This document shows, piece by piece, positions 23,134 through 34,596 of a stretch of 64,000 nucleotides of DNA. Location: positions 14,042 through 78,041 of the forward strand of contig CAZDBO010000004.1 of NCBI GenBank assembly GCA_964503755.1. The letters run 5' to 3'. The DNA is from an uncultured Candidatus Saccharibacteria bacterium. Its GTDB lineage: Bacteria > Patescibacteriota > Dojkabacteria > JAOAGR01. Made by a program: the position numbers and the translations under genes. The notes below the pieces were generated by a model. That model made no database searches and was not told the DNA's origin. It was given only the letters and a program-made list of their open reading frames with translations. How positions within the stretch are numbered: the stretch's first letter is position 1; every line of letters starts with the position of its first letter.

Positions 23134-24447
23134 TTAACCTAACCTACTACTCATTATTTCCTCAATATGATCAGGATCTATTGGTATAGAGGCAGTGAGA
23201 TTTTCTGTGCCACTATCAGTGATCAGTATATCTTCCTCTAAGCGTACTCCAATAGATTCTTCTCTGACATAAATACCAGGTTCGCATGTCAAAACAGTCC
23301 CTACTCTTACTACCCCAGCTGCAACATTTACATCATGCACATCTATTCCCAAAAAATGTGATGTTCTATGCATATAGTACCTTCTGTAAATTGGATTTTG
23401 AGGAGTCTGATTTTTTACATCTTCTATAGTAATAATATCTAATTCAATTAATTTTTCTTCAATCAAACTACCAACAAATTTTTCATACTCTTCATACGTA
23501 ACATTAGGTTTCAGAAAAGCCATAGCTTGTCTTTTAACATCTAAAACTGCAGAATAAATATCTCGTTGTCTCTCTGTAAATTTGCCACTAACAGGCACCA
23601 CTCTTGTAATATCAGAATTATAAAATCCATAATTTACTCCAAAATCCAAAAGTACAATATCCCCTTCTTTCAAAACATTTTCATTCTTTTGATAATGTAA
23701 TATACAACTATTTATCCCACCAGCAACAATTGGAGGAAATGCATTTCCGTATGCGCCATTTTTTAAGCCCATATAAGTAATTAATGTCTCAATTTCAAAT
23801 TCGTACATACCAGGACGAATAATTTTCAAAATCTCGTCAAATATATCTTTTGTTATTCTAATAGCATCTTTAATTATTTCTATTTCAAAATCCAATTTAA
23901 CCTGTCGAAGGTCAGATATCAAAGGTGTTAGCCTTTCAAAGTTATGTAAAGGATATTTTTCTTTATAATACAAAGCTTTTCTCTCATTTTGATTTAAAAT
24001 TTCTCTTGACGCTCTCAAATGTTCATTAAAATCAAGGTATATATTTTTATACTTGAAAACATTTTTTTCTAAAAAAGCATCGAAACCATCATTATATTCG
24101 ACATTAGTTATACCCGAAATATTTCGCACTTGGTCAATTGTAAGTTTATCTCCTTCCCAAACTGCTAGATTAGGATCGGTTTTATCAACGAATATGTATT
24201 CATCAACAGTACCGAATTTGTCTATTAAAAAAACTAAAGTCGTATTGGGTTGATTTATACCAGTAAGCCATAAAAGGTCACTATTCTGTTTGAATGGAAA
24301 ATTTTCATCAGCAGATGCAGGAAATACATAATTTGAATGGACTACAACAATACTATCTTTTTTAATCAAAGATACCAATCTCCTTCTATTTTCTACAAAC
24401 AATTCTTGTCGAAGAATAGGATAACGCGACATATGATATTTTAACAT
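23134..24447 (-). CDS. pepP: Xaa-Pro aminopeptidase (M24 family)
   Basis: M24 metal-ligand region HFLGIDVHD with the creatinase-like N-domain, 437 aa. Confidence 0.8.
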   Translation of the reverse strand: MLKYHMSRYPILRQELFVENRRRLVSLIKKDSIVVVHSNYVFPASADENFPFKQNSDLLWLTGINQPNTTLVFLIDKFGTVDEYIFVDKTDPNLAVWEGDKLTIDQVRNISGITNVEYNDGFDAFLEKNVFKYKNIYLDFNEHLRASREILNQNERKALYYKEKYPLHNFERLTPLISDLRQVKLDFEIEIIKDAIRITKDIFDEILKIIRPGMYEFEIETLITYMGLKNGAYGNAFPPIVAGGINSCILHYQKNENVLKEGDIVLLDFGVNYGFYNSDITRVVPVSGKFTERQRDIYSAVLDVKRQAMAFLKPNVTYEEYEKFVGSLIEEKLIELDIITIEDVKNQTPQNPIYRRYYMHRTSHFLGIDVHDVNVAAGVVRVGTVLTCEPGIYVREESIGVRLEEDILITDSGTENLTASIPIDPDHIEEIMSSRLG

Positions 24448-24487
24448 TTCATTAGTATAAATAAAGATTTATATTTTATAATTCATT

Positions 24488-25615
24488 ATGTGGATATTGG
24501 CCATAGATACATCTTGTGATGATACCTCAGCTGCAGTACTACACAATGACTGTGTAATATCAAATGTTATTTCTTCACAAATAAAATATCATGCAAAATG
24601 GGGCGGTGTTGTACCATCCATAGCAAAACGGAAACATCAAAAATTAATAGATAAAATAATAGAAAGAGCACTCAAGATTGCAGGTAAAAAAATAGAAGAT
24701 ATAGAGCTAATCGCGGTAACACAGGGACCAGGTTTGGCAATAGCCTTGGAGGTAGGTATAAAAAAAGCAAAAGAACTCGCAATAGAATACAAAAAACCAC
24801 TTATACCTATAAATCACATGGAAGGTCATATTTACTCAACCGTTGCTAGAAATAGAAAAGGTAACAACTCTGGCAACATAGAATTTCCTGCATTAGTTAT
24901 TCTGCTCTCTGGCAATCACACCGAATTTCATCTAATGCGAGATCATGGTGATTATGTGTTACTGGGAGAAACACTAGATGATGCAATTGGCGAGTGCTTT
25001 GATAAAGTAGGCAGAATACTAGATCTTGGCTATCCAGCAGGTCCTGTTATAGAAAATCTAGCGAAACTTGGTGATCCATATAAATGCGATTTACCGATCC
25101 CAATGGTTAATTCGAAGGATTTAAATGTCAGTTATTCTGGCCTCAAAACCGCAGCAATGAAACTTGCTATAGAACATCTAGGAAAAACTTATAATGAATA
25201 TGGTGATAAATTTTTAAATCAACTACAAAAATCTACATATGATATAAAACCCGTACCTAAATCGACAGAAGAAGAAAAACAAATAATCTGTGATATCTGT
25301 GCAACATTCCAAAGGGTAGCTTTTGAACAGGTATTTATCAAAATGTCAAAGGCTATTGATGTGTTACAAAAAGAAAATATTAACATCAAAACTATACTTG
25401 TAGGGGGTGGTGTAAGTAGAAATATGTATCTTAGAAAAGAACTTAGAAAAAGATTTAAAAAATACAAAATTTTATTTCCACAATCAAAAAAATTATGTAC
25501 AGATAATGCGGCGATGATAGGGGTGGTTGGGTATTATAAACATAAAAATAGCGGCAGAGAAAATTATCCTTTAGATTTTGATAGAGAACCTAACTATAGA
25601 CTAGTGCCATGGTGA
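24488..25615 (+). CDS. tsaD: tRNA N6-adenosine threonylcarbamoyltransferase (TsaD/Kae1 family)
   Basis: ILAIDTSCDDTSAAV and HMEGH metal-binding motifs, 375 aa. Confidence 0.85.
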   Translation: MWILAIDTSCDDTSAAVLHNDCVISNVISSQIKYHAKWGGVVPSIAKRKHQKLIDKIIERALKIAGKKIEDIELIAVTQGPGLAIALEVGIKKAKELAIEYKKPLIPINHMEGHIYSTVARNRKGNNSGNIEFPALVILLSGNHTEFHLMRDHGDYVLLGETLDDAIGECFDKVGRILDLGYPAGPVIENLAKLGDPYKCDLPIPMVNSKDLNVSYSGLKTAAMKLAIEHLGKTYNEYGDKFLNQLQKSTYDIKPVPKSTEEEKQIICDICATFQRVAFEQVFIKMSKAIDVLQKENINIKTILVGGGVSRNMYLRKELRKRFKKYKILFPQSKKLCTDNAAMIGVVGYYKHKNSGRENYPLDFDREPNYRLVPW

Positions 25616-25635
25616 TATCGCTCTAAATATTGAAG

Positions 25636-26166
25636 TTAAAGTATCAAAATTATAAACGACAATTCCAGGAACAGCTTAAAAAGCAAATCACCAATATTAT
25701 TCCACGTTCCAACAGCTAAATTGCCGATAGAATTTAATAATGATTCAATATTAAGTGGCAATATCTGTTCTGGTTTATTAATAGTTTGACTACCGAAGTT
25801 AATAAGTTCTTGAAAGTTTTTAATAACATGATTATAAGTTACGAAAATACCTGGATTGATACATGTTTTATATAATACTTCTAATGTTGGAAAGGCAAAA
25901 GGCGCATTTGAAATAAAATTAACTCTTTTATCTATTTGTCCTTTTACAAAATAATCATGTATTGTTTTTTTAAATTTTTCTCCAGTAAGTTTGTTGTGTG
26001 CAAAAATAGCAAGTAATGTTGCTGCACTGGCAACTGGCATATAGAAAGATGGCAGCCAGGGTGTAGCTAAAATAGAACCAATGACTCCGTAGAAAAATGG
26101 GCTAGCTGGATGTAGTAATGAACTTATTACTAATTTGCCTATTGCGATAGGTAAATCAATAAACAT
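25636..26166 (-). CDS. Hypothetical protein, 176 aa. Possibly the 3' part of a disrupted larger gene; see the upstream ORF-like open frame at 26375-26610.
   Basis: ORF only. Confidence 0.35.
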   Translation of the reverse strand: MFIDLPIAIGKLVISSLLHPASPFFYGVIGSILATPWLPSFYMPVASAATLLAIFAHNKLTGEKFKKTIHDYFVKGQIDKRVNFISNAPFAFPTLEVLYKTCINPGIFVTYNHVIKNFQELINFGSQTINKPEQILPLNIESLLNSIGNLAVGTWNNIGDLLFKLFLELSFIILIL

Positions 26167-26721
26167 GTTCTTGAGAGGATGCTCTTTATGATTTTTATTT
26201 AGATCAACATTACTAACACCTAATTTTTTTTCTCTGGGATGGAATCACTTCCGTATCTAAATCTTCTGGGTGGTATTCTTCTCGTTTCACGAACATCTAT
26301 CTCAGAATCGTCTTCTTTAACATTTCCTATTACAACAGATAGAATTATATTCTGGAGCTGAAAGTATACTACCTAAATACTTTTTGGTAATAATGGGGGT
26401 TACTTTTGTTTCTATACTTTACATATATGGAATCTGCGTAATCCATATGTCTAATAAGTAAATCATATGTTCTCCTCACTCGCACTTTTCCACCATCATC
26501 GCTCGTACCACCAGTTTGATTTTGTAAACTACCAAGTCCAAGTGCTTCGTGCCTACCTGCTTTTTGTCTAGCGAAAATACTTGTAAATATTTCTACAAAA
26601 CGTGATAATATATCTAATTAATATAGTATATCTTTTTTTCTTTAATTTCAACTTCCTAAAAAAGACCTCTATGTACACTACCTGTACATTTTTGGTAAAA
26701 AATGGTTAAATATGGTGAGAA

Positions 26722-27165
26722 ATGTTGGTAGGCGAGTTTGAGGTAAAAATCACAGACAACAATAGGCTCGCTCTACCAAGCAAATTTAGAAAGGAATTAG
26801 GTGATAAATTGATAGTGACGAATGGTTTTGAAAGATGTTTGATGCTTTTGGACATGAATGGATTTAAAGCTCTTGCAAAAGTTATATCAGAGGGACGTTT
26901 TAGTAACGTCAATGTCCGCGATGTGGCCAGATATCTTTTGGGATCCGCTCATGAGATAACATTAGATAAACAAGGGAGATTTGTACTGCCTCAATCTCTC
27001 AAAGAATTTGCAAATATTACAGATGATGAATGTGTCTTTATAGGACTTCTAGATAAAATAGAAATCTGGTCAAGATCTAAATGGTTAGCTCATAAAAATA
27101 AAATATCTTCTAAAGCGGAAAAAATAATTAATCTACTAGATAAAGAAATTTATGAAGGAAATTAG
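26722..27165 (+). CDS. mraZ: transcriptional regulator MraZ
   Basis: Duplicated MraZ fold with DNRLALPSKFR... motifs, 147 aa. First gene of the dcw-type block. Confidence 0.85.
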   Translation: MLVGEFEVKITDNNRLALPSKFRKELGDKLIVTNGFERCLMLLDMNGFKALAKVISEGRFSNVNVRDVARYLLGSAHEITLDKQGRFVLPQSLKEFANITDDECVFIGLLDKIEIWSRSKWLAHKNKISSKAEKIINLLDKEIYEGN

Positions 27166-28060
27166 ACACATTCCGGTACTTTTGGATAAAGTACTAGAAA
27201 TATTTGATGACATAAAAAACACAAAATCCAATAAAAGATTTGTCTTGATAGACTGTACTCTGGGCATGGGAGGACATTCGTCAAAGTTGTATGAAAAACT
27301 AGAAAAAGGCGTATTAGTATCATTAGACCTTGATCTCAAAAGTATTCAATATGGTATAAGTACATACAACTTTGATAGTTCTCCTGTGCCTATCTCTGAT
27401 GGTGAAGATTGTTTTCAAACTTGGAGAAAAAATGAAGGTGAAAAATCATGGATAATAGTTCATTCTAGATTTAGCAAAATCGAAAAAGTGCTTAGAACAC
27501 TTGAATATGATGCATATGATTTATTATTGGCTGACTTGGGATTTTCTAATTTTCAAATTTACAAAACACAAAAAGGCCTTTCGTTCGACAAACAAGGCAA
27601 TTTATCAATGCATCTGACTGATTCTGATGATATTAGGCTTAAAAATTTATTGAAAGATAAAGTATTGATTCAAAAGGTGTTACAACGGTATACAAATCTA
27701 CCCGAACATACAATAAAACGAATAGCAAATAATATTGTAAATTATCAAGGTTATTTAAAGACAAACATAGATTTAATCAATGCAATAAAGTTACCTAAAC
27801 ATATCGTTAGAAAAGTTTTTGTTGCTCTTCGGATTTATTCAAATGATGAAGAAAATGAATTAAGAACATTAATTGATTTAATCTCCAGACAAAAATCAGC
27901 CGTCTCTCTGATTATAACTTTTAGTAATTTCGAGTCAGACCTTGTAGAACAAGGTGATTATAGATTCGAAATAATCGAACCAAACATAAGAGAAATTTTA
28001 GAAAATGACCAAGCGAGGAGCGCAAAACTCTATAAAATTTTCAATTCAAAGTCCGACTAA
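27152..28060 (+). CDS. rsmH: 16S rRNA (cytosine1402-N4)-methyltransferase RsmH (MraW)
   Basis: HIPVLL start, DCTLGMGGHS SAM motif. Confidence 0.85.
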   Translation: MKEIRHIPVLLDKVLEIFDDIKNTKSNKRFVLIDCTLGMGGHSSKLYEKLEKGVLVSLDLDLKSIQYGISTYNFDSSPVPISDGEDCFQTWRKNEGEKSWIIVHSRFSKIEKVLRTLEYDAYDLLLADLGFSNFQIYKTQKGLSFDKQGNLSMHLTDSDDIRLKNLLKDKVLIQKVLQRYTNLPEHTIKRIANNIVNYQGYLKTNIDLINAIKLPKHIVRKVFVALRIYSNDEENELRTLIDLISRQKSAVSLIITFSNFESDLVEQGDYRFEIIEPNIREILENDQARSAKLYKIFNSKSD

Positions 28061-28337
28061 TAAATTCTATGACCATATACGTGTCTTATTTTTCATTATT
28101 GGAATATCAATTATTTTGCTAATAGGAGTAAAAACGTACATCAATACCGAATATGCAACACAAGGCAATTATTTATACAAACTAGAACAAGAACAAAAGC
28201 GTCTGATGGCCGAAAATTTAAAGATAAAAGAGCAAATTGCAGAGTTAAACAACATAGAACGCATAGAAACAGAGGCACAAACTCAAGGATTTAGAAAAGT
28301 AGAAAAAGAAGAAATTAGATATATTGAGATCAAATGA
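28005..28337 (+). CDS. ftsL: FtsL-like septum protein (single TM plus coiled coil)
   Basis: Topology and position between rsmH and ftsI. Overlaps the rsmH 3' end, so the true start is uncertain. Confidence 0.5.
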   Translation: MTKRGAQNSIKFSIQSPTNKFYDHIRVLFFIIGISIILLIGVKTYINTEYATQGNYLYKLEQEQKRLMAENLKIKEQIAELNNIERIETEAQTQGFRKVEKEEIRYIEIK

Positions 28338-30385
28338 AATCCCAAAAAATAAAAATTTTTATTATCAAATTTGTTTTCATATTGATATTTGTGAGTATTA
28401 CTGTTCAATTGTTTCGCATCCAAATAATTGAGGGAAATCAGTGGAAAACATTATCAGAAAATCGAGCAAATTACATAAATACCTATAAAGCAACTAGAGG
28501 AAATATTCTATTTTCTGATGGCAGTATACTGGCAACTTCGGTCTTGGCATATACATTTTATCTTAAACCTCAAAATATTAAGAAAGAAATAGATAAAAAG
28601 TCTCTGGATAAAAATAAATTCGTTAGTGATCTAGCAGAAATTCTTAATTTAGAAAAAGATTACATAGAAAAATCAATAGACACAAATCTATTCGAAAAAA
28701 AAATACTTAGATATGTCAGCAAGGAAAAGATTGATAAAATCAACGAATTGTATCCATTAAATCTTGATATCTGGAGAGCAGAACAAACATACAAAAGAAT
28801 CTATCCAAACAATGAGATAGCCGCAAAAATAGTAGGATTTGTAAGGCTTGATGACAATGAAAAAGAGATTGGACAATACGGTATTGAAGAGTATTTTGAT
28901 GGTATTTTAAGAGGAATAGATGGAGTAATAGAAGCCAAAAGAGGAAATTTTGGACAACAGATCATTGTAGATGAAGAATTTTTCTCTACTCCTCCCAAAA
29001 ATGGTTCAAATATTAAATTAACTATCAACAAAAATATCCAAAAAATAATCGATGAAAAAGCTAAGTACTGGACAGACAAAGTAAAAGCGAAAGAAACTGT
29101 GATCGTAGCTATGGAACCCAATAGTGGTAATATAATAGCTATTGGAAATTATCCTACATATAACCCAAATAAATTCTGGGAAGGTGAGGTTGTTGATTGC
29201 CAATTAGAATATTACGCCATTCATAAAAAATGTTTTGAAAAAGAAGTTGATAATGTTCTGATTACAGAAGAACCTGAAATCACCGAGGATATAATATTAC
29301 CAGATGGATATGAAGAAGAACTCAGAAGAATTGATGAAGAACAAAAAAAATTGGAAGAGAGAAAACGACAACTTTTAGAACAGATTGAAAATTCAGGAGA
29401 ACAAAATGACGATGAATTATCAGAAGAAGAATTAAAGATATTAGAAAAAATTCCAGAAAATGCACGTAAAAATCTAAGAAGAGAAAGTCTGAGTTTTGGT
29501 GAAATTTTTCGTAATTTGGCAACTGATGCATTGTATGAGCCAGGATCTGTAATAAAAGTAATTACTGTTGCTATAGCATATGAGACAAAGTCTATCCCAA
29601 CATCACCTTTTTATAATCTTGGGTCACATACAGGCTGTGAAAAGGTCGCCGATAGGGTACTTTGTACATTTAATAAAGTGCCGAGAAAAGATCTGACAGT
29701 AGAAACGATGCTTAGATTTTCTGATAATGTAGGTGCTCTGCGAGTAGCTCAAAAAGTACCTAAAGAAAGATATGTATTTGAATGGCAAAGATTAAAATTA
29801 GGTGAGAAAACTGGTATTGAGTCCAAAACAGAACCAGTTTTCTATCTAAAACCAATAGAAGAGTGGAATGATCTAGATATAGCCACATCTTCTTACGGAC
29901 AGGGGTTGATAGTATTGACTCCTATACGTCTAGTTAGTATATGGAATATTCTAGCGTCAAATGGATACTACTACTCCCCCACTCTAGTTCTAGAAATAGA
30001 TGATAATGGAAAAATAATCAGTCCAGAAAAGGAAAGAACAAAAATATTTGAAGAATCCACTGTAATAGATACTTTATACGTAACATCCTTAGCAACAAAG
30101 AATTCGATAACTGATCCATTTATCAAAAAAATCTATGATAAATATAATTTTGTTAGCAAAACAGGTACATCAAACGTGATAAAAGAAAATCAACAAGGTT
30201 ATTACGAAGATAGATTAAATATAACTCAGGTTGGAATAGCACCACTAAATAATCCTAAAATTACTTTATTAGTTTGGTTCCGCGAGCCAACTATCGGATA
30301 CAATGGAGCTGATCCTACATCACAAAATACAGCACAGGTTGCCTGGGCGGATATTCTTGATAGTATTATGCCATTAATTGACTAA
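28334..30385 (+). CDS. ftsI: Class B penicillin-binding protein / FtsI transpeptidase, with an inserted acidic coiled-coil segment
   Basis: SVIK (SxxK), SDN and KTGT motifs in order, N-terminal TM. Confidence 0.8.
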   Translation: MKSQKIKIFIIKFVFILIFVSITVQLFRIQIIEGNQWKTLSENRANYINTYKATRGNILFSDGSILATSVLAYTFYLKPQNIKKEIDKKSLDKNKFVSDLAEILNLEKDYIEKSIDTNLFEKKILRYVSKEKIDKINELYPLNLDIWRAEQTYKRIYPNNEIAAKIVGFVRLDDNEKEIGQYGIEEYFDGILRGIDGVIEAKRGNFGQQIIVDEEFFSTPPKNGSNIKLTINKNIQKIIDEKAKYWTDKVKAKETVIVAMEPNSGNIIAIGNYPTYNPNKFWEGEVVDCQLEYYAIHKKCFEKEVDNVLITEEPEITEDIILPDGYEEELRRIDEEQKKLEERKRQLLEQIENSGEQNDDELSEEELKILEKIPENARKNLRRESLSFGEIFRNLATDALYEPGSVIKVITVAIAYETKSIPTSPFYNLGSHTGCEKVADRVLCTFNKVPRKDLTVETMLRFSDNVGALRVAQKVPKERYVFEWQRLKLGEKTGIESKTEPVFYLKPIEEWNDLDIATSSYGQGLIVLTPIRLVSIWNILASNGYYYSPTLVLEIDDNGKIISPEKERTKIFEESTVIDTLYVTSLATKNSITDPFIKKIYDKYNFVSKTGTSNVIKENQQGYYEDRLNITQVGIAPLNNPKITLLVWFREPTIGYNGADPTSQNTAQVAWADILDSIMPLID

Positions 30386-30388
30386 TTT

Positions 30389-31519
30389 TTATCTTGCTAT
30401 CTTTAACTGTCTCCCTTTCCACACACCTGTTTTGGTCAAAAATGCATAATATGATCTAATACTTAGAGGAATAGTCATAATCATTTGTAAAGGAAAGAGC
30501 AAAATACTATATATCACACCCTGATTTGTCATTCTAGCTTTCATAGTAATGCCTATAACCAAAAATGATAACGCTACAAAGCCAAGATATGGTGAATAAA
30601 ACAATAAATAAACAGGAATCATCACATAAAACACAACTACCGCAAAATTGAATAAAATAAACAAAACTGGATTAGTTCTAGAAATAAGATAATAATTTTT
30701 TGTAAAACCTAAAAATGATTCTTCAAAATTTTTATACATTCTGCACATTACAAAATCATTTGCAAAATATGTGCCTACTTTGTATTTTTCTTTTTTCAAA
30801 AGCCTAGACATTTCAAGATCTTCAACAACCTGATATTTTAATGCTTCATGACCACCTACTCTATCATAAACTTCTCGTTTAATTAAAATAAATTGACCAT
30901 TTGCAGCTGCCAAAGAATGATGAGATAGTTTATAGATACTTATCAATGGCAAAAATGCCGTTAAAAACCATTCCATAAGTGGTACTATCAAAAATTCTCC
31001 AAAAGTTTGCATTTTTTGACTAGAGAAAGCAGAAACCATATCAAATTTATTTTTCTCTAACTCTTCTAAGGCTATATCTAGCGTATATTTATGTAATACA
31101 ACATCTGCATCAATAAAAAGCAAATGCTCACCTATAGCGTACTTTTGAAGATTCCAACAGGCCCAATTTTTACCTAACCAATCATCAGGTAGTTCTGTAC
31201 CTTCAAAAACCCTGATTTTTTCTGGATATTTTGATGCCAGATTATTGAGTACTGCACTTGTGTTGTCTGTTGATTTATCATTTAATACCAATATTTCTAT
31301 ATTTTGATAATTTAAATTAAGACAGGATAAAACAGTTTTTGTTACATTTGTTTCTTCATTACGACAAGGGATAAGTATACTTACTTTTTTATTTTGATCA
31401 GAAAATTTATTAAATCTAAATTTTGGAGCAGTAAAATAATTTATAGTCACTATTGAAAAAGATAACAAAACAAATAAGAGATAAACATAAATCCAATATT
31501 CAACTTCTGCCATGAGCAA
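30389..31519 (-). CDS. Membrane-associated family 2 glycosyltransferase
   Basis: GT-A-like N-terminal region (ILIPCRNEE, DAD-type motif) plus C-terminal TM helices. Confidence 0.6.
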   Translation of the reverse strand: MLMAEVEYWIYVYLLFVLLSFSIVTINYFTAPKFRFNKFSDQNKKVSILIPCRNEETNVTKTVLSCLNLNYQNIEILVLNDKSTDNTSAVLNNLASKYPEKIRVFEGTELPDDWLGKNWACWNLQKYAIGEHLLFIDADVVLHKYTLDIALEELEKNKFDMVSAFSSQKMQTFGEFLIVPLMEWFLTAFLPLISIYKLSHHSLAAANGQFILIKREVYDRVGGHEALKYQVVEDLEMSRLLKKEKYKVGTYFANDFVMCRMYKNFEESFLGFTKNYYLISRTNPVLFILFNFAVVVFYVMIPVYLLFYSPYLGFVALSFLVIGITMKARMTNQGVIYSILLFPLQMIMTIPLSIRSYYAFLTKTGVWKGRQLKIAR

Positions 31520-34489
31520 TTATACCAAATAATCTTTTAGATACTTTCCCGTCCAACTATTAAGATTTTGAATTATCTGGTGAGGTGTACCACATGCAAC
31601 GATTTCTCCTCCCCCATCACCTCCTTCTGGACCTAAATCTATTATGTAATCAGCAGTTTTAATAATATCAAGATTGTGTTCGATCACTAAAATAGTGTTT
31701 CCTTTATCTCTAAGACTATGAAGAACATCCAAAAGTTTGTTTACATCCTCAAAATGCAATCCTGTTGTTGGTTCATCAAGTATATAGAGCGTCCTTCCGG
31801 TATTTTTCTTGGCTAATTCTGTAGCCAGTTTAATTCGCTGTGATTCACCACCAGACAGAGTATTGGCTTGCTGACCTAACTTTATATATCCAAGTCCAAC
31901 TTGTTGTAAAACGCTTAGTTTGTTATGTATTCTAGGTATATTTTGAAAAAACTCTAAAGCCTCATCTACTGTCATTTCTAACACTTCATAAATATTTTTT
32001 CCACGATAAGTGATTTCTAAAGTTTCACGGTTATATCTTTTACCACCACAACTTTCACAAGTCACATAAACATCAGGCAAAAATTGCATTTCAATCTTAA
32101 TAATGCCATCTCCTCTGCAGCTCTCACATCTTCCTCCTTTGACATTAAAAGAAAATCTACCTGATTTATATCCACGCATCTTAGCTTCATTGGTATTAGC
32201 AAAAAGATTTCTGATATCATCAAAAAAGCCAACATATGTCGCCGGATTTGATCTAGGGGTACGACCTATGGGTGATTGATCTACTGCTATAACTTTATCA
32301 ATATTTTCAATACCCTCTATATAATCATGTAATCCTACCTGATAATGCGTATTGTAAAAATAATTATGCAATCTTGTATACAAAATATCATTTATCAGCG
32401 TAGATTTTCCAGATCCAGACACACCAGTAACACATACAAATTTACCAAGTGGTATCGACACATCAATATTTTTTAAATTATTTTGTCTTGCTCCTTTGAT
32501 ACGTATTAATTTATGAAGAGAAATATTTTCAGAACGAGATATATATTTATGCCCGACAATTTTTTCGCCACGTACGTATGGAGCAGTCACAGAAAATGTA
32601 TCTTTCTTTAGATGATTCAGATCACCAGCAAATATGACTTTTCCACCATGTACACCAGCTCCTTCACCCATATCTATTATGTAATCAGCATTTTTTATGG
32701 TATCCATATCATGCTCTACTACGATAACTGTATTTCCTAGATCACGAAGATTTTTTAACGTATTTATAAGCCTGTCGTTATCACGCTGATGTAAACCGAT
32801 TGAAGGCTCATCTAAAACATACAAAACTCCCGAAAGCCCCGACCCAATCTGTGAAGCCAGTCTTATTCTTTGTGCTTCACCACCTGAGAGAGTATTCATA
32901 GTCCTATCAAGTGTCAGATAATTTAGTCCAACAGCTATCAGGAACTGCAATCTTGATCTAATTTCACGAATGATACTGTGAGCTATCTCTGATTTTTGTT
33001 TAGAAAGAGTCAAATACTCATGATAAATTTCACCATCAACTTTGAATTCTCTTTTCACCAATTCATCAGATTCCAAACTTTCAACCCACAAAAAACATTC
33101 TGACAGATTCATTTTTGTGACCTCGATAATATTTTTTCCCCCGACTTTAATACCTAAAACCTCCTTTTTTAATCTCGTTCCGTTACATTCGGTACAAGTA
33201 TTTGTAATCATGTATTTTTCTATCTCCTGTCTAGTCAAGTCAGATTCTGATTCGTTATAACGTCGGTAAAGTGAAGGCATGACCCCTTCAAACTTGGTTT
33301 GATAGGAACCTTTAAATTTTCCTGATTCTATAACTACATCCAAAATCTCTTCAGAACCAAACAAGATCTCATCTATAATCTCTTTTGGAAGATCTTTCAT
33401 AGGTACTCGCAAGCTAAATCCTCGTTTATCTGCTAGAGCTTTTAATATACGAACATACCAACTATCATCATCCAAATTTCGAGACCAAGGAAAAATAGCT
33501 CCCTCCATAATAGTAAGATTTGGGTTATACACAAGCTCTGGCGATATCTCTTTGACAAAACCCAATCCTGCACATTTTGGACAGGCTCCATGAGGAGAAT
33601 TAAAAGAAAAAGTGTGAGGTTCTATCTTTGGATAAGATATCTGATCTTTGGGACAGACCAAATTTTCTGAATAAAAAATATCTTTTTTTTCGTCAAACAA
33701 ATTAACAATTACCTCACCTTGAGAAAAGTGCAATGCCGTCTCGACAGAATCAGTAATACGTTGTTTAAAATTTTTATATTCCTCTTCATTATCAAATCCA
33801 TACTGCTGATAAATCAGCAAAGAATCGTCTTTTTGTCTTTTTGGTATAACTAATCTGTCAACAACAATTTCAATATCGTGCCTTACATGCTTGTTTAGTT
33901 TGATCTCTTCCTCAAGATTTCTCATTTCACCATCAACTCTTACTCTCGCAAATCCTTTATTAAAAAGATTATCAAAAAGATCTGCAAACTCACCTTTTCT
34001 AGCCCTCACCACTGGTGATAAAATCATTATACGTACACCATTTTCTTGATTTAAAGACAAATCCATTATACTATCAACAATTTGTTGTACAGTCTGGGCC
34101 TGTATAGGTCTTCCACATTTGTAACAAAATGGATCCCCTACTCTTGCGAATAAAAGACGCAAATAATCATAAATCTCTGTCGTAGTACCTACAGTTGAAC
34201 GAGGATTATTTGATGCTGTTTTTTGATCAATAGCTATGGCTGGGGATAATCCTTCGATGTGATCCACATCAGGTTTTTCCATGATGCCAAGAAATTGTCT
34301 AGCATATGACGAAAGTGATTCTACATAACGCCTTTGCCCTTCGGCATAGATAGTATCAAAAGCCAAAGAAGATTTACCAGAACCGGAAACACCAGTAATC
34401 ACCACAATTTTGTTTTTGGGAATCTCTACATTTATATTTTTGAGATTATGCACTCTGGCACCACGTATACGAATAACATCGGTAGACAT
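31520..34489 (-). CDS. uvrA: excinuclease ABC subunit A
   Basis: Two ABC ATPase modules ([12 protein letters not shown] and [12 protein letters not shown]), zinc fingers, 989 aa. Confidence 0.95.
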   Translation of the reverse strand: MSTDVIRIRGARVHNLKNINVEIPKNKIVVITGVSGSGKSSLAFDTIYAEGQRRYVESLSSYARQFLGIMEKPDVDHIEGLSPAIAIDQKTASNNPRSTVGTTTEIYDYLRLLFARVGDPFCYKCGRPIQAQTVQQIVDSIMDLSLNQENGVRIMILSPVVRARKGEFADLFDNLFNKGFARVRVDGEMRNLEEEIKLNKHVRHDIEIVVDRLVIPKRQKDDSLLIYQQYGFDNEEEYKNFKQRITDSVETALHFSQGEVIVNLFDEKKDIFYSENLVCPKDQISYPKIEPHTFSFNSPHGACPKCAGLGFVKEISPELVYNPNLTIMEGAIFPWSRNLDDDSWYVRILKALADKRGFSLRVPMKDLPKEIIDEILFGSEEILDVVIESGKFKGSYQTKFEGVMPSLYRRYNESESDLTRQEIEKYMITNTCTECNGTRLKKEVLGIKVGGKNIIEVTKMNLSECFLWVESLESDELVKREFKVDGEIYHEYLTLSKQKSEIAHSIIREIRSRLQFLIAVGLNYLTLDRTMNTLSGGEAQRIRLASQIGSGLSGVLYVLDEPSIGLHQRDNDRLINTLKNLRDLGNTVIVVEHDMDTIKNADYIIDMGEGAGVHGGKVIFAGDLNHLKKDTFSVTAPYVRGEKIVGHKYISRSENISLHKLIRIKGARQNNLKNIDVSIPLGKFVCVTGVSGSGKSTLINDILYTRLHNYFYNTHYQVGLHDYIEGIENIDKVIAVDQSPIGRTPRSNPATYVGFFDDIRNLFANTNEAKMRGYKSGRFSFNVKGGRCESCRGDGIIKIEMQFLPDVYVTCESCGGKRYNRETLEITYRGKNIYEVLEMTVDEALEFFQNIPRIHNKLSVLQQVGLGYIKLGQQANTLSGGESQRIKLATELAKKNTGRTLYILDEPTTGLHFEDVNKLLDVLHSLRDKGNTILVIEHNLDIIKTADYIIDLGPEGGDGGGEIVACGTPHQIIQNLNSWTGKYLKDYLV

Positions 34490-34596
34490 CCATGTGAATT
34501 TTATCAGATTAGATAGTTTTTAAAAAATTATCTAATCTTTTTGAAAGAATAATGCAAATTAGCTATTCTTTATGGTTTATAATAAGATAGATATTT

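Noticed and set aside
26480-26500. CCACCA-containing segment in the GC-rich patch upstream of mraZ, as a possible tmRNA 3' end
   Set aside because: No adjacent T-arm (GGTTCGAATCC-like) sequence and no tag-peptide reading frame. RNase P P4 and CR motifs and the SRP RNA motif were also not found in this window.
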